The notes: generated from the sequence alone by a model not told the origin. DNA of 64,000 bases from a bacterium (GCA_965207065.1 OZ242260.1:1856001-1920000); one strand, 5' to 3'. Shown: positions 28,337 to 39,478, counted from the first letter of the stretch. Numbers and translations: made by a program.

Positions 28337-29926
28337 TTGGAACGGCCCATGTCGATAAGGCGCATTCGCATTTTCCGTCTTCTTCTCTCCTGCGCAGGCG
28401 GCGCCCGGCGCGTGAAGCATCTTACGATATGCCTCGTTCTCTTGGTGGCGGTGCTCTCCGCGAGCCTCGTCTTTTCGCTCTCCAGTGATCAGGAAGAAGC
28501 CATCGCCCTGCTGTATGAAGTCATGCAGAAAGTGGACGATAGTTATGCGCGTATCCCCGATTTCAGGGAAATGTACGTCGCGGGCCTGGAAGGCCTCAAG
28601 AAAAGCGCGGGCGAGGGGCGCTTCGATTTCGAGGAGAAGGCGGGAGACGAGGTTCTCCTCAAGGCGGGGGAGAAGGAGTTGCTCGTTCGCCTCCGGGGAG
28701 ACACCGACGGCGGGCTGGGCGGGTTCGAACGCGCCTACCGGTTCGCGATGGCGAACGCCGGGGATTCGGAGAAGAAAAAAAAGGGCGGATTGAAAGTCAT
28801 GTACGCCGCGCTCACTTCCATGCTGCGCTCACTGGACCCATTCAGCACGTTCGTCTCGCCCGAGTCCTACAGGCAGATGCGGGTGGAGCATACGGGCCGC
28901 TACGGCGGGGTGGGCGTCATCATCACGGTGCGGGAGAAGAAACTCACCGTCATATCGCCCATCGACGACACGCCCGCACATCGGGCGGGCTTGAAGTCAG
29001 AGGACGTGATTCTGGAAATCGACGGCGCGTCCACGACGGACATGCCGCTGTCCGAGGTCGTACGACGTATGCGCGGACCCGCCGGCAAGACGGTGGATTT
29101 GCTGATTTCGCGCGCCAGCTGGCCCGAGCCCCGGAACGTGTTGCTGCGCCGCGCGATCATCAGCATTAAGAGCGTGAAGTCGGAAGTGAAAGAGGGCGGG
29201 ATCGGCTATCTGCGGGTCACGGCATTTCATGGCCGCACGACGCGGGAACTGGACGTGTCTCTCAACGAGTTGATTCGCAAGAAGGTCAGGGGAATCGTGC
29301 TGGACCTGCGCGACAATCCCGGTGGTTTTCTCCGCCAGTCCGTCCAGGTCTCCGAACGATTCCTGCCCGATGGAAGCATGATCGTCTTCACCCGGGGGCG
29401 AAGGCGCAGCGAGACGGTGTATTTCCGCTCTCGCGGCACCGGCGTGTGGGTGGGCAAGCCCCTGGTCGTGCTGATCAACAAGGGCAGCGCGAGCGCGTCC
29501 GAAATCGTGGCCGGCGCCTTGCAGGACCTGGACCGCGCCCTGATCATCGGCCGGACCAGCTTCGGCAAAGGCTCGGTACAAGCCATCATCCCCACGAGGG
29601 GCGAGGCGGCGGTCCGGCTGACGACGGCGAAATACTACACCCCGCTTGGCCGCCTGATTCACGAGAAAGGCATTCAGCCCGATGTCGAGGCGGGGCCTCA
29701 GCCGCTCACCAAAAAAGAGATCAGGGAGCGAAGAAAAGAGATGAAGAGTTCGCTCTACAACCAGGAAAAGACGGACGAGAAGAAACAAGACTCCGTCCTC
29801 GAACTGGCGCTGGCCGTCTTGAAGGACGCCAGGAGCGCGAAGGTGGAAGAACTACGCCAGGCGGCCCTTGACGCGCAGCGCCTGATGCGAAGCGCCGAGG
29901 CGGTATCGTCCGCAGCCTCTCCCTGA
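28337..29926 (+). CDS. S41 C-terminal processing peptidase (CtpA/Prc-like)
   Basis: PDZ domain, LDLRDNPGG, SASASEIVAGALQD, FGKGSVQ; start uncertain. Confidence 0.93.
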   Translation: MERPMSIRRIRIFRLLLSCAGGARRVKHLTICLVLLVAVLSASLVFSLSSDQEEAIALLYEVMQKVDDSYARIPDFREMYVAGLEGLKKSAGEGRFDFEEKAGDEVLLKAGEKELLVRLRGDTDGGLGGFERAYRFAMANAGDSEKKKKGGLKVMYAALTSMLRSLDPFSTFVSPESYRQMRVEHTGRYGGVGVIITVREKKLTVISPIDDTPAHRAGLKSEDVILEIDGASTTDMPLSEVVRRMRGPAGKTVDLLISRASWPEPRNVLLRRAIISIKSVKSEVKEGGIGYLRVTAFHGRTTRELDVSLNELIRKKVRGIVLDLRDNPGGFLRQSVQVSERFLPDGSMIVFTRGRRRSETVYFRSRGTGVWVGKPLVVLINKGSASASEIVAGALQDLDRALIIGRTSFGKGSVQAIIPTRGEAAVRLTTAKYYTPLGRLIHEKGIQPDVEAGPQPLTKKEIRERRKEMKSSLYNQEKTDEKKQDSVLELALAVLKDARSAKVEELRQAALDAQRLMRSAEAVSSAASP

Positions 29927-29974
29927 ACCCCCACGTATCTCACACCGGAATCAACGAGTCGTCGGATTTTCGCG

Positions 29975-30832
29975 TTACTGCGTGAAGGCGACGATGGTTC
30001 CCACCGCGGCGGCCAGCCCCAGTAGTTTTCTCACCGTCATCTTCTCCGACAGCCGCCAGGTGGCCAGGATTGTGGTCACGATGAAGCTCAGCTGTAAGAT
30101 CGGTGAGACGATGGTGGCCTCACCCTCCCTGAATGCGGCCAACAGCGAGGTGATCCCGAAAATGAAGCAGGTGGCGGTCGCGAGTCCGTGCGCCCAGCCT
30201 TTTTTCGAAAACTGCGGTCCCCCCTGCACGACGAACGAGTAGATGTATGCGATTGTGATGAAGAATACCGCCTGGCTGTGCAAAAACATGATCGGCGCCA
30301 CTCCGCCCGAGACGCCGAGCTTGTAGATGAAGTTCACGAGGCCGACGGCCACCATCGCCACGACGGCCCAAAGGATGGAGGCGAGCCTATCGGGGGAGAA
30401 ACTCCCCCGGTGAAAGTCCGAGAACAGGAAAATGGCGCTGCCGGTGAGGACGAGTCCTAAGATTTTGGGAAGCGTAATCGATTCATCCAGGATCAAGACG
30501 GCGAGCATGGCGGTGACGACGAAACTCATCCGGTAGATGGGCGTGCTGGCGCTCGCCTCTCCGAGTTCCACGCTTCTCATGAAGCACCAAAAGCCGATGA
30601 ATGTGAAAAAAGCGGCGCCGATTCCCAGGAAGGCGGGGGGCGTCCAGGCGTAACTGCCTTCGTAATACGCCCAGAACCACGTGATGGGAACGACGATGGT
30701 CGACTGCGAAGCCGTAATCGTGCCCGGCAAAATCTTGTTTCTGACCGCGCGTCCATAAACGTAGTCCGCCACGCCGATGAGAAACGATGCGAAAAGCGCG
30801 AACACGATGAACCTGGGAAGCAAACCGGACAT
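29975..30832 (-). CDS. EamA/DMT family transporter
   Basis: About 10 TM helices in two repeats (GEASASTPI, GEATIVSPI). Confidence 0.85.
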   Translation of the reverse strand: MSGLLPRFIVFALFASFLIGVADYVYGRAVRNKILPGTITASQSTIVVPITWFWAYYEGSYAWTPPAFLGIGAAFFTFIGFWCFMRSVELGEASASTPIYRMSFVVTAMLAVLILDESITLPKILGLVLTGSAIFLFSDFHRGSFSPDRLASILWAVVAMVAVGLVNFIYKLGVSGGVAPIMFLHSQAVFFITIAYIYSFVVQGGPQFSKKGWAHGLATATCFIFGITSLLAAFREGEATIVSPILQLSFIVTTILATWRLSEKMTVRKLLGLAAAVGTIVAFTQ

Positions 30833-31218
30833 CTCCTGAAAAAATGCCTGAACCCGTTTCAGGCATCATACCCGTTTTCGGCGGGCGCGTTTCGTCGGCG
30901 TATGAAGAGTACGCCGAAACGGCGCTTGATTCATACCTTTTCCCGGCTCGTTTTGCCTGTTTGCGTATCCCGGGTCGGACTTGACGTGTGGATGGCGCGG
31001 CGCGACAAGCGGCCCCGGGCCGCGTTGTTGCTTGTTGTGCAGGCAGGAGCCTTCCTGTATATTGCGGGTATATATCTCGCCATATTGCTTACGTGAACCG
31101 CACCGGAATCACTCCGGGGGAAGGGTTCATTCTTTCTTCTCTTGTTTGTGCGGAAACGGGCATGTCCCTGCGTCCGCACTCTGAATCCACGGAATCGGAA
31201 GCCAGGGAGGATCATGCA

Positions 31219-32475
31219 ATGGCAACGAGATCGACGTATGCCCCAAAGCGATGGTTCAGCGTTTCTCGTCCGGCGGTGATGATCGCGGCGTTATCTTTCG
31301 CGCTCATCGCCGCCTTCGGCTCCCCCGCCTTCGCCGCGAAGAAAGACCCCATTAAAATCGGGGTGCTGTCGTTTCTGAGCGGAAAGCTCAAGCCCATCGG
31401 CGATGAGATCACCACGGGCATCCAGACGGCCGTGAAGATTCAAGGAAACGTCATGGGCCGGCCCGTCGAACTGATTCTCGAGGACAGCCTGGTGAACGCG
31501 CAGGTGGCGGTCACCAAGGCGACCAAGCTCGTCCAGAAGAACCAGGTCACGGCGATTCTGGGAACGAGCACGCTGGAGGCCCTGGCGCTGCTTCCCGTGG
31601 CGAACCGCCTGCGCGTGCCGATCATCACCTCGAACAGCGGCTCGGCCGTCATCACGGGCGCGAAGTGCAACTACTGGGTGTTCCAGACGAACCCGACGCC
31701 CCAGATGGCCATCGTGGCGATGGACTCGCTCATCAAGGACAACCCGAAGTTCAAGACCGCGAAGTGGTTCACGATGGGCCACGACTATCCCTGGAGCAGG
31801 CGGGTGGCGCGCTCGGTCAAGATCGTCAAGGGCGTGAATTATGTCGGCGAGGCCTATGCGCCGCTCGATACCACGGACTGGGCGCCGTTCATCGCCAAGG
31901 TCCGCGCGTCGGGTGCGACGGCGGTGGTCATTCCCGTCACCCTGGGCACGCCGCTCGTGCAGTTCATCCAGCAGGCCAACGAGTTCGGCCTGACCAAGCA
32001 GGCGACTCTGGTGGCGCCCATTGGACTGCCGGACTGGCTCATCGCCAAGCTGGGCGAACTGTCGACCCACATCGTCTCGGCGGGCGCGTGGAGCGCGTGG
32101 CGTCTGGAGGACACGATACCCACGACCAAAAAGTTCAACGAGCTCTATTACAAGATGCACGGCCGCGTAGCCGGGATGCAGGCCATCCAGGCGGGTACGG
32201 CGGCCCAGCTTCTGTTCAACGCCATCGAGAAGGCGGGCTCGACGGACGGGAAGGCCATCATCGCGGCGCTCGAGAAGATCGACGTAGAGGCTCCTGCGGG
32301 AAGGATGCGCTTCCAGAAGGACGGACGGATGGCGGAGGTGCCGCTCATACTCGGGAAAATCGAGAAGCTCAAGAAGCCCAAGTACGGCGCCATGTATGCG
32401 CAGTCGGTCACGGCGCTTCCGGCGTCCAGGACACTCGAGCCGGCGAAGAAGCTCGGCTGTAATTTGAAGAAATAG
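31219..32475 (+). CDS. Branched-chain amino acid-type ABC substrate-binding protein
   Basis: Signal peptide, PIKIG, GRPVELILED, DYPW, PLDTTDWAPFI. Confidence 0.9.
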   Translation: MATRSTYAPKRWFSVSRPAVMIAALSFALIAAFGSPAFAAKKDPIKIGVLSFLSGKLKPIGDEITTGIQTAVKIQGNVMGRPVELILEDSLVNAQVAVTKATKLVQKNQVTAILGTSTLEALALLPVANRLRVPIITSNSGSAVITGAKCNYWVFQTNPTPQMAIVAMDSLIKDNPKFKTAKWFTMGHDYPWSRRVARSVKIVKGVNYVGEAYAPLDTTDWAPFIAKVRASGATAVVIPVTLGTPLVQFIQQANEFGLTKQATLVAPIGLPDWLIAKLGELSTHIVSAGAWSAWRLEDTIPTTKKFNELYYKMHGRVAGMQAIQAGTAAQLLFNAIEKAGSTDGKAIIAALEKIDVEAPAGRMRFQKDGRMAEVPLILGKIEKLKKPKYGAMYAQSVTALPASRTLEPAKKLGCNLKK

Positions 32476-32483
32476 CCATTGGG

Positions 32484-33350
32484 ATGGATTGGAATTTCTT
32501 GTTCGTCAATTCGCTGAACGGGATCATCTACGGATCGTTCCTGACGTTGACGAGTCTCGGCCTGAGCCTGGTGTTCGGCTTGGGCCGGGTCGTCAACTTC
32601 GCCCACGGCGTGCTGTACGCCCTGGGGGGATATTTCTTCATCATCTTCCTGCCCTCGCTGGGCTGGGCGGCGATGGTGTTCGCTCCGCTGGTGGTCGTGC
32701 CCCTGGCCATCGCGATGGAATGGCTGACGATCGCCCCCATCCGGAACCGGGATGAAATCTACACCCTGCTCGTGACGTTTGGCCTTTCCTTCATGATCAC
32801 GGGCGCAATCGAGTATCTCTGGGGCACCGAGACCACCCTCATCAAGCCGCCCGTTATCTTCCAGGGCACGGTGGACATCCTCGGCAATCAGTTCCCCGTC
32901 TACAGGCTATTTGCTTCGGCGCTCTCGTTGATGGTGACGGGGCTGGTCTTCGTCTTCATCCAGTTTACGCCTGTGGGCCTCAAGATTCGCGCCATCACCG
33001 ATGACAGCGAGATGGCTGAGGCGCTCGGCATCAACACGCGGTGGCTGCTCACGAGCATATTCGGGGGCGCGGCAGGGTTCGCGGCGTTCGCAGGCGCGCT
33101 GGGCGCTCCCATTTTCTCCGTCGAACCGGAAATGGGGATGGGCATCATCATCGACTCGTTCCTGGCGGTGATTCTGGGCGGACTCGGCCATCTGCCGGGG
33201 ACGGCCGTGGGAGCGTTCATCGTGGCGCTGGCGAAATCCATCGGCGGGGGCTACATCTCGGAATGGGCCATCGCGGTATTATTCCTGGTCGTGGCCGCGA
33301 TCATGGTTCTGCGGCCCAGAGGAGTCTTCGGTCGTGGCCGTATCGCCTGA
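32484..33350 (+). CDS. ABC permease LivH-like
   Basis: GLSLVFG..VVNFAHG, MAEALGIN, VILGGLG, RPRG. Confidence 0.92.
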   Translation: MDWNFLFVNSLNGIIYGSFLTLTSLGLSLVFGLGRVVNFAHGVLYALGGYFFIIFLPSLGWAAMVFAPLVVVPLAIAMEWLTIAPIRNRDEIYTLLVTFGLSFMITGAIEYLWGTETTLIKPPVIFQGTVDILGNQFPVYRLFASALSLMVTGLVFVFIQFTPVGLKIRAITDDSEMAEALGINTRWLLTSIFGGAAGFAAFAGALGAPIFSVEPEMGMGIIIDSFLAVILGGLGHLPGTAVGAFIVALAKSIGGGYISEWAIAVLFLVVAAIMVLRPRGVFGRGRIA

Positions 33351-34338
33351 TGTGGAAAACCGGGTGGAAGACGCCTCGAGGGTCCGCTCGCGGGAAATCG
33401 CGACGCGGGTGCTGCTCGCCGTCTCCGCGCTCTTGGTCCTGGCCGTTCCGTTCCTGAACGCCAGTCCGTTTTTCATCACCCTGCTCACCGAGGCGTTGAT
33501 CTTCGGCATCTGGGCGATGAGCCTCGATTTGCTGGTGGGTTACACGGGGCTCGTCTCGTTCGGCCACGCCGCGAGTTTCGGCTTCGCGACCTACGCCGCG
33601 GGGATTTTCGCCATGAACGTATCCGCAGATTTTTTCCTCTCTACTATCGTTGCCATACTTGCCGCCGCTGCGGTCGCGTTTTTCACAGGCCTCGTTGTGA
33701 CGCGCCTCTCGGGGATCGCTTTCGCCATACTCACCCTTTGCATCTGCCAGGTCTTGTTCCAGATATCCGTCGTGTGGCGCTCGTTCACCGGCGGGCTGGA
33801 CGGCTTGATCGGCGTTCCGCTTCCCACACTATTCGGTAGGGAGGTGGAGCCCGGCGAGGAGTTCTATCTCCTGACCGCCGTCACGCTCATCGTTTGCTAT
33901 CTTCTCCTCAGGAGGGTGGTGGAGTCTCCGTTCGGAAAAACCCTGCTGGCGATTCGCGCGAACGAGGACAGGGCGGCCGCCATCGGCATTGACGTGAGAC
34001 GGCACAAGCTGGTGATTCTCATCCTTTCCTGGATGACGGGCGGCGTGGCGGGAACGCTCTTCGTCTTCCTGAAGGCCGGTGCGAACCCGATGACGCTTTA
34101 TTGGATCGAGTCGGGCAACATACTGGCCATCACGATTCTGGGCGGCATCGGTACGCTTTTCGGCCCGATCATCGGGGCGATCGGATTTATATTCATCCGT
34201 GATGAGGTGACGACGTTGTACCGGGCGTGGCAGTTTTCCTTCGGACTCGCTTTCGTGCTCGCTGTTTTGTTCATGCCTTCGGGAATCGCGGGGGTCGCCG
34301 AGAAAATCTGGAGACGACTATGGCCGGCGCGTTCGTAG
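33334..34338 (+). CDS. ABC permease LivM-like
   Basis: GYTGLVSFGHA, SPFG..IRANE.RA, LGGIGTLFGP; start may be GTG near 33352. Confidence 0.9.
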   Translation: MAVSPDVENRVEDASRVRSREIATRVLLAVSALLVLAVPFLNASPFFITLLTEALIFGIWAMSLDLLVGYTGLVSFGHAASFGFATYAAGIFAMNVSADFFLSTIVAILAAAAVAFFTGLVVTRLSGIAFAILTLCICQVLFQISVVWRSFTGGLDGLIGVPLPTLFGREVEPGEEFYLLTAVTLIVCYLLLRRVVESPFGKTLLAIRANEDRAAAIGIDVRRHKLVILILSWMTGGVAGTLFVFLKAGANPMTLYWIESGNILAITILGGIGTLFGPIIGAIGFIFIRDEVTTLYRAWQFSFGLAFVLAVLFMPSGIAGVAEKIWRRLWPARS

Positions 34339-35078
34339 TTGAAGGCCTTCACAAGTCCTTCGGCGCTCTGCATGCCGTGAACGACGTGTCCCTGGACATC
34401 GAGGCCGGGCAGGTGCATTCGCTCATCGGCCCGAACGGCGCGGGCAAGACGACGCTTTTCAACTGCATCACCGGATTCCTTCGTCCCGACGCGGGAAAGG
34501 TGCTGTTGAACGGGAGCGACGTTACGCATCTGCAGTCTCACAAACTGGTGAAGTCGGGAATCGTCCGGACGTTTCAAATCACCCAGGTTTTCGGCGAGTT
34601 GAGCGCGCGTGAGAACGTCGAACTCGCAGCGCGCTCCCGCGAAGGCCTGAATTTCGACCTATTCCGAAAGGCCAGCGCCTGCCGGGAGGCGAGGGAGGAC
34701 GCGGAGGAAGCACTGGAGGTGGTCGGATTGATCGAAAAAGCCCATCTGCGGCCCGAGGAGCTGGGGCACGGGGACAAGCGGGTACTCGAGGTTGCCATAG
34801 GACTCGCGCTCAACCCGGAAGTATTGCTGCTCGACGAACCTACGGCGGGCATGTCCAGAACGGAGACCGAGCGCATCGCCCGCCTGGTGCGGCAGATTGC
34901 GGACCGCACGAGCGTTCTCCTGGTCGAGCACGATACGGAGGTCGTTCTCTCGATTTCGGATAAAATCACCGTCATGACGCAGGGCCGGGTGATAGCCCAG
35001 GGTCCGCCCGAGCAGGTCAGCCAGGATCCCCAGGTGCAGGACGCCTACCTCGGCGCCGTCGAAGTGGAGGGGGACTGA
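34320..35078 (+). CDS. ABC ATP-binding protein LivG-like
   Basis: GPNGAGKT, LLLDEPTAG, VEHD, AYLG. Confidence 0.92.
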   Translation: MAGAFVVEGLHKSFGALHAVNDVSLDIEAGQVHSLIGPNGAGKTTLFNCITGFLRPDAGKVLLNGSDVTHLQSHKLVKSGIVRTFQITQVFGELSARENVELAARSREGLNFDLFRKASACREAREDAEEALEVVGLIEKAHLRPEELGHGDKRVLEVAIGLALNPEVLLLDEPTAGMSRTETERIARLVRQIADRTSVLLVEHDTEVVLSISDKITVMTQGRVIAQGPPEQVSQDPQVQDAYLGAVEVEGD

Positions 35079-35809
35079 TGCTCAGAGTCTCCTCGCTTCA
35101 CGTTCATTACGGGACCGCCCACGTTCTCCACGGCGTTGATCTGGAGGTGGGAACAGGCCGGATCGTCTGCCTCATCGGGCGCAACGGCGCGGGCAAAAGC
35201 ACAACGCTCAAGTCCATCATGGGTCTCGTCCCCGCCACTTCCGGGGAAATCCTCTTCGAGGAGCAGCGCATCGAAGCGATGGCGGCCCACCGGGTCGCCC
35301 GCATGGGGGTCGCCTACGTGCCTGAGGACAGGCGGCCCTTCGGTTCCTTGAGCGTGGAGGAGAACATCCGCGTCGCCGCGCAGGCAAGTCCGCACTCCGA
35401 TGCGAACGGCGTTCAGGAGGCGCTGGCGTTTTTCCCCGTCCTTGAGGAGCGCGCGAAGCAACTGGCGGGTAGCTTGAGCGGCGGCGAGCAACAGATGCTC
35501 GTGATCGCGCGCGCCCTGGTGGCGCGGCCGCGGCTGGTTCTGCTCGATGAGCCGACCGAGGGACTTGCCCCCAGCCTCGTCCGCTCCATCAGGGACGGAA
35601 TCATGAAGACCCGGACGCATGGCCTCTCGATTTTGCTTGTGGAGCAGAATCTCTCCCTGGCGCTGGAAGTTGGCGATTACTTCTATGTGTTGAGCCGTGG
35701 TTTCGTCGCTTTTGAAGGAACGAGCGAAGAACTCCTTGCGCGAGAGGACGTGATCGCAGAACATCTGGGAGTCGGCCGCGTGAAAGAAGCTCTCAGATCG
35801 CGCGAGTGA
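35078..35809 (+). CDS. ABC ATP-binding protein LivF-like
   Basis: GRNGAGKS, LSGGEQQM, LLDEPTEGLAP, VEQN. Confidence 0.92.
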   Translation: MLRVSSLHVHYGTAHVLHGVDLEVGTGRIVCLIGRNGAGKSTTLKSIMGLVPATSGEILFEEQRIEAMAAHRVARMGVAYVPEDRRPFGSLSVEENIRVAAQASPHSDANGVQEALAFFPVLEERAKQLAGSLSGGEQQMLVIARALVARPRLVLLDEPTEGLAPSLVRSIRDGIMKTRTHGLSILLVEQNLSLALEVGDYFYVLSRGFVAFEGTSEELLAREDVIAEHLGVGRVKEALRSRE

Positions 35810-35866
35810 GCCGCCGCGTAAAATCCGAACCGCCCCGATCTACCCTTAATAATAAGAGAGCATCCA

Positions 35867-36829
35867 TTGCTTGCCTGTGTGCTGGAGGAGAACGGCCCCT
35901 CTCTCAAGGAAATAGCGCGCCCTGAGCCGCTTGTGGATGAAGCCCTCATCCGGGTAAGGCTCGCAGGTATTTGCGCCACCGACTTGGAACTCATTCGCGG
36001 ATACATGAATTTCCGGGACGTATTGGGCCATGAGTTCGTGGGAGAGGTGGCGGGGCCGGAGGCGCACCCGCTCCTGGGCCATAGAGTGGTGGGCGAGATT
36101 AACTGCGGCTGCGGGGATTGCCCCTGGTGCGCGCGCGGCATGGAGCGGCATTGTCCCGGGAGGAGCGTTCTCGGCATTCTCGACCGCCCCGGGGTATTTG
36201 CGGAATACACGTGCCTGCCGAGCCGGAATCTGCACATCCTTCCTGACGCAGTGGAAGATGAGACGGCCGTTTTCTGCGAGCCTCTGGCTGCCTGCTTCGA
36301 GGTGATCGAGCAGTTCCCAGAAATCGTTGAGCGCGAGGTCTTGGTGATTGGAGACGGGCGGCTCGGCCTCCTCCAGACCCAGATGCTGTATGCCGCAGGG
36401 GCGAGAGTGGGCCTGCTGGGCCGCCACCCGGAAAAAATGGCGCTGCTCGCCACTTTGGAAATTCCCGCCTGGAGCGAACCCGAGCAGGCCGTCTGTTCCG
36501 AGGGGGAGAGATGGCCCGTCGTGGTCGAGGCCACGGGCTCTGCGGAGGGGTTTTCCCTCGCCGTCTCGAAAACGATGCCCCGGGGCGTTCTGGTGCTCAA
36601 GAGCACGGTGGCTTCCGAAGCTCGCCTGAATCTCTCTTCCGTCGTGGTGGATGAAATCACGGTCCTTGGTTCGCGCTGCGGCCCATTCGAACCCGCGATC
36701 CGGGCGCTCGAGACGGGCGAAATCCGCACGTCCTCGATGGTTCATGGCCGTTTCGCCCTGCGAAACGCGCCCGAGGCGTTTGAAAAGGCCCGCGAAAAGG
36801 GGGCAGTCAAGGTATTGCTCCGGCCCTAG
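35867..36829 (+). CDS. Zn-dependent alcohol dehydrogenase (MDR family)
   Basis: GICATD, GHEFVG, CGDCPWC..HC, GSRCGPF. Confidence 0.9.
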   Translation: MLACVLEENGPSLKEIARPEPLVDEALIRVRLAGICATDLELIRGYMNFRDVLGHEFVGEVAGPEAHPLLGHRVVGEINCGCGDCPWCARGMERHCPGRSVLGILDRPGVFAEYTCLPSRNLHILPDAVEDETAVFCEPLAACFEVIEQFPEIVEREVLVIGDGRLGLLQTQMLYAAGARVGLLGRHPEKMALLATLEIPAWSEPEQAVCSEGERWPVVVEATGSAEGFSLAVSKTMPRGVLVLKSTVASEARLNLSSVVVDEITVLGSRCGPFEPAIRALETGEIRTSSMVHGRFALRNAPEAFEKAREKGAVKVLLRP

Positions 36830-36906
36830 ATGTATTTTTTGCGTTTTTATTGTAAGATTGCTCGGTGTTTTGGCTTCACAGGGTGGTGCCCTTGAAGGAG
36901 CATGCG

Positions 36907-37809
36907 ATGAGAGGCCTCATGGGGATGGCCTTGATAGTGTGTTTTCTCGCTTCTGCAGGGAGCGGGGGGACGGTTGCGGCTGCGCCGGAGACACCCAAGG
37001 CGATAGAGCATAGGCGCATCTCCCGACTTGTTATCCATCTCAAGCGGCTGGAGAAGCCGGAGGATTGGCTGCTGGTTCGCAAGTTTTTCTCCTCAGACGC
37101 CAACGTGCAGCTGAACGCTCTGTCGAACTGCCCGCTGCCTGAAAACGAATGGCCCTGGTATCTCTCCTCCGATCATCTCAAGAATTACGCCTTTTCGGTG
37201 GATTTCATCCCGCTCAACATGGACGCGGACAAGCGCCTCGAAACCCTCATGGTCATCCAGTCGGATCACGCCAAGGATCACTACATTACCTTTTGCCTGA
37301 TGGATGACGACCAAAACGCCCGCAAACCGCTCGCTTCCTACAGCGATTTGAGCCGGGGACGGGAAATCAGCTACCAGATAGCCGATCTGACTGGGGATGG
37401 ATCGCATGAACTGATCGTCAACGTCCGCGAGGGTTCGGACGGCCGCAATTCGGATGCCGTGCGGGTTATCAGGCCGACCCGCAAGCGTCGCTTCGAACTG
37501 GTCTGGTTCGCGCGCTTGCAAGAGGAATTGAGATGGCCGCGGGCGTATCTCGACGATGCGGGAACCCGGGCCGTCCAGAGAAGCGAAGATTTGAGCGCCA
37601 AGGTTCGTTTCCGCTTCAACGGGCCGGGCAATCCGGCCACCCTCATCCTGAAGGGGGTGAGGAAATACGAGGAGCGGGTCTTCGATCTCAAAGGCGGGAA
37701 AGAGAAAAACGAGCTTCAAGTCGATCGGTTTCCGTTCGAGGAATTCTGGCGGTGGGATAAGAAGAAACTGCAATTCGTCCGCGTTTTCGACTCCAGTTAT
37801 CAGAAATAA
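36907..37809 (+). CDS. Hypothetical secreted protein
   Basis: Signal peptide; DLTGDGSHEL and NMDADKRLE FG-GAP-like Ca loops. Confidence 0.6.
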   Translation: MRGLMGMALIVCFLASAGSGGTVAAAPETPKAIEHRRISRLVIHLKRLEKPEDWLLVRKFFSSDANVQLNALSNCPLPENEWPWYLSSDHLKNYAFSVDFIPLNMDADKRLETLMVIQSDHAKDHYITFCLMDDDQNARKPLASYSDLSRGREISYQIADLTGDGSHELIVNVREGSDGRNSDAVRVIRPTRKRRFELVWFARLQEELRWPRAYLDDAGTRAVQRSEDLSAKVRFRFNGPGNPATLILKGVRKYEERVFDLKGGKEKNELQVDRFPFEEFWRWDKKKLQFVRVFDSSYQK

Positions 37810-37833
37810 TATCTTCGTTTTTCCGAAAAGGTC

Positions 37834-39381
37834 GTGAAGCCCTTGAACCTGCCTCGCCCCGTCATGCTCATCGTGCTGGATGGATGGGGATTATCAGACG
37901 AGCGCGCCCACAACGCCGTCGCCCTGGCCGATACCCCGACCATGGACGCCCTGCTCGCTCAACGCCCCCACACCCGCCTCCTCACTTCGGGGCGCGCCGT
38001 GGGCCTTCCCGACGGGCAGATGGGCAATTCCGAGGTGGGACATCTGAACCTGGGCGCCGGCCGCGTGGTGGATCAGGACATCGTCCGCATCGACCGCTCT
38101 ATCGAGAACGGCGATTTTTTTGCACTTCCCCCGCTCGTCGATTGCATTCAAAAAGCCAGGAAGCAAGGCGGCGCCCTGCACATTTTGGGCCTCGTTTCGG
38201 ACGGCGGCGTGCACAGCCTTCAGGACCACGGAGTGGCGCTGGCCCGGTTGGGCAAAAAAATCGGAATCGAGCGCATCTTCGCGCACGCATTCACCGACGG
38301 TAGGGATACGCCTCCCCGCTCGGGACTGGATTTCGTCGGGCGTTACGCGGAGAGCCTGCGGCGCGAGGCGGGGGCCGAGCTCGCCACCGTCATCGGGCGC
38401 TACTACGCGATGGATCGGGACAGACGTTGGGAGCGTAGCGAGCGCGCCTACCGGGCCATGGCGGCGGGAGAGGGCGTCCCCTCTCAAAGCGCCGCCGAGG
38501 CGATAGAGGCTTCCTATGTGCAAGGTGTGACGGATGAGTTCATCGAACCGGTGGTGCTCTATGAGGATGGGCGTCCTGTGGGATTGGTCCGCGACGGGGA
38601 CGCCGTGATCTGCATGAACTTCCGTGCGGACAGGGTGCGGCAAATCACCCGCGCCTTCACGGATGAGCAATTCGATGGCTTCGACGTCTCGAACAGACCT
38701 TCGGTTCATTACGCCTGCATGACGGAATACGACGAGCGCTTCGCACTGCCCGTCGCGTTTCCGCCCATGAGGATGGGGGGTCTGTTCTGTCATGCGCTGG
38801 CCGATGCGGGGAAGACTTGCCTGAGAGTCGCAGAGACGGAGAAATATCCGCACGTTACGTATTTCTTTAACGGCGGCGAGGAGGAGCCGCCCCTCGGCGA
38901 GCGGCGCCGCGTGGTTCCCTCGCCGAAGGTGGCCACCTATGATCTGAAGCCCGAGATGAGCGCAGACGAAGTGACGAAAGTGGTACTGGACGCCATCGCG
39001 CAAGGCGAAGATGACGCCATTGTCCTGAACTACGCGAATTCCGACATGGTGGGGCACACGGGTGTCGAGAGCGCAGCCGTCCGGGCCGCCGGTTTCGTGG
39101 ACGCCTGTCTCGGGCGTGTTCTCGAAACGCTGGAGCGCGCGGGCGGCGCGGCGGTGGTGACGGCGGACCACGGCAATTGCGAGACGATGTGGGATGCGGA
39201 AAACGACTGCCCGCACACCGCGCACACGCTGAACGAGACGCCCTGCATCGTCGTAGCGCCCGGGTTCGAAGGACCGCTCAGGCCGGGTGGCGCGCTTTGT
39301 GATGTCGCCCCCACACTGCTGGGACTGATGGGCATCACCCCGCCGCCCGAGATGACGGGTGTGGATTTGAGGATTCTCTAG
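37834..39381 (+). CDS. gpmI: 2,3-bisphosphoglycerate-independent phosphoglycerate mutase
   Basis: LDGWG, GQMGNSEVGH, GRYYAMDRD, AETEKYPHVT, DMVGHTG, TADHGN. Confidence 0.97.
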   Translation: MKPLNLPRPVMLIVLDGWGLSDERAHNAVALADTPTMDALLAQRPHTRLLTSGRAVGLPDGQMGNSEVGHLNLGAGRVVDQDIVRIDRSIENGDFFALPPLVDCIQKARKQGGALHILGLVSDGGVHSLQDHGVALARLGKKIGIERIFAHAFTDGRDTPPRSGLDFVGRYAESLRREAGAELATVIGRYYAMDRDRRWERSERAYRAMAAGEGVPSQSAAEAIEASYVQGVTDEFIEPVVLYEDGRPVGLVRDGDAVICMNFRADRVRQITRAFTDEQFDGFDVSNRPSVHYACMTEYDERFALPVAFPPMRMGGLFCHALADAGKTCLRVAETEKYPHVTYFFNGGEEEPPLGERRRVVPSPKVATYDLKPEMSADEVTKVVLDAIAQGEDDAIVLNYANSDMVGHTGVESAAVRAAGFVDACLGRVLETLERAGGAAVVTADHGNCETMWDAENDCPHTAHTLNETPCIVVAPGFEGPLRPGGALCDVAPTLLGLMGITPPPEMTGVDLRIL

Positions 39382-39478
39382 CGCCCGGGCGTTGCCCCTC
39401 TCGCCCGGTTCGGCGACTATCGGATGGTGGCGGGATATTCGGCGGTTTCATGATGAGGAAACTTTCTTTCGGGAGGAG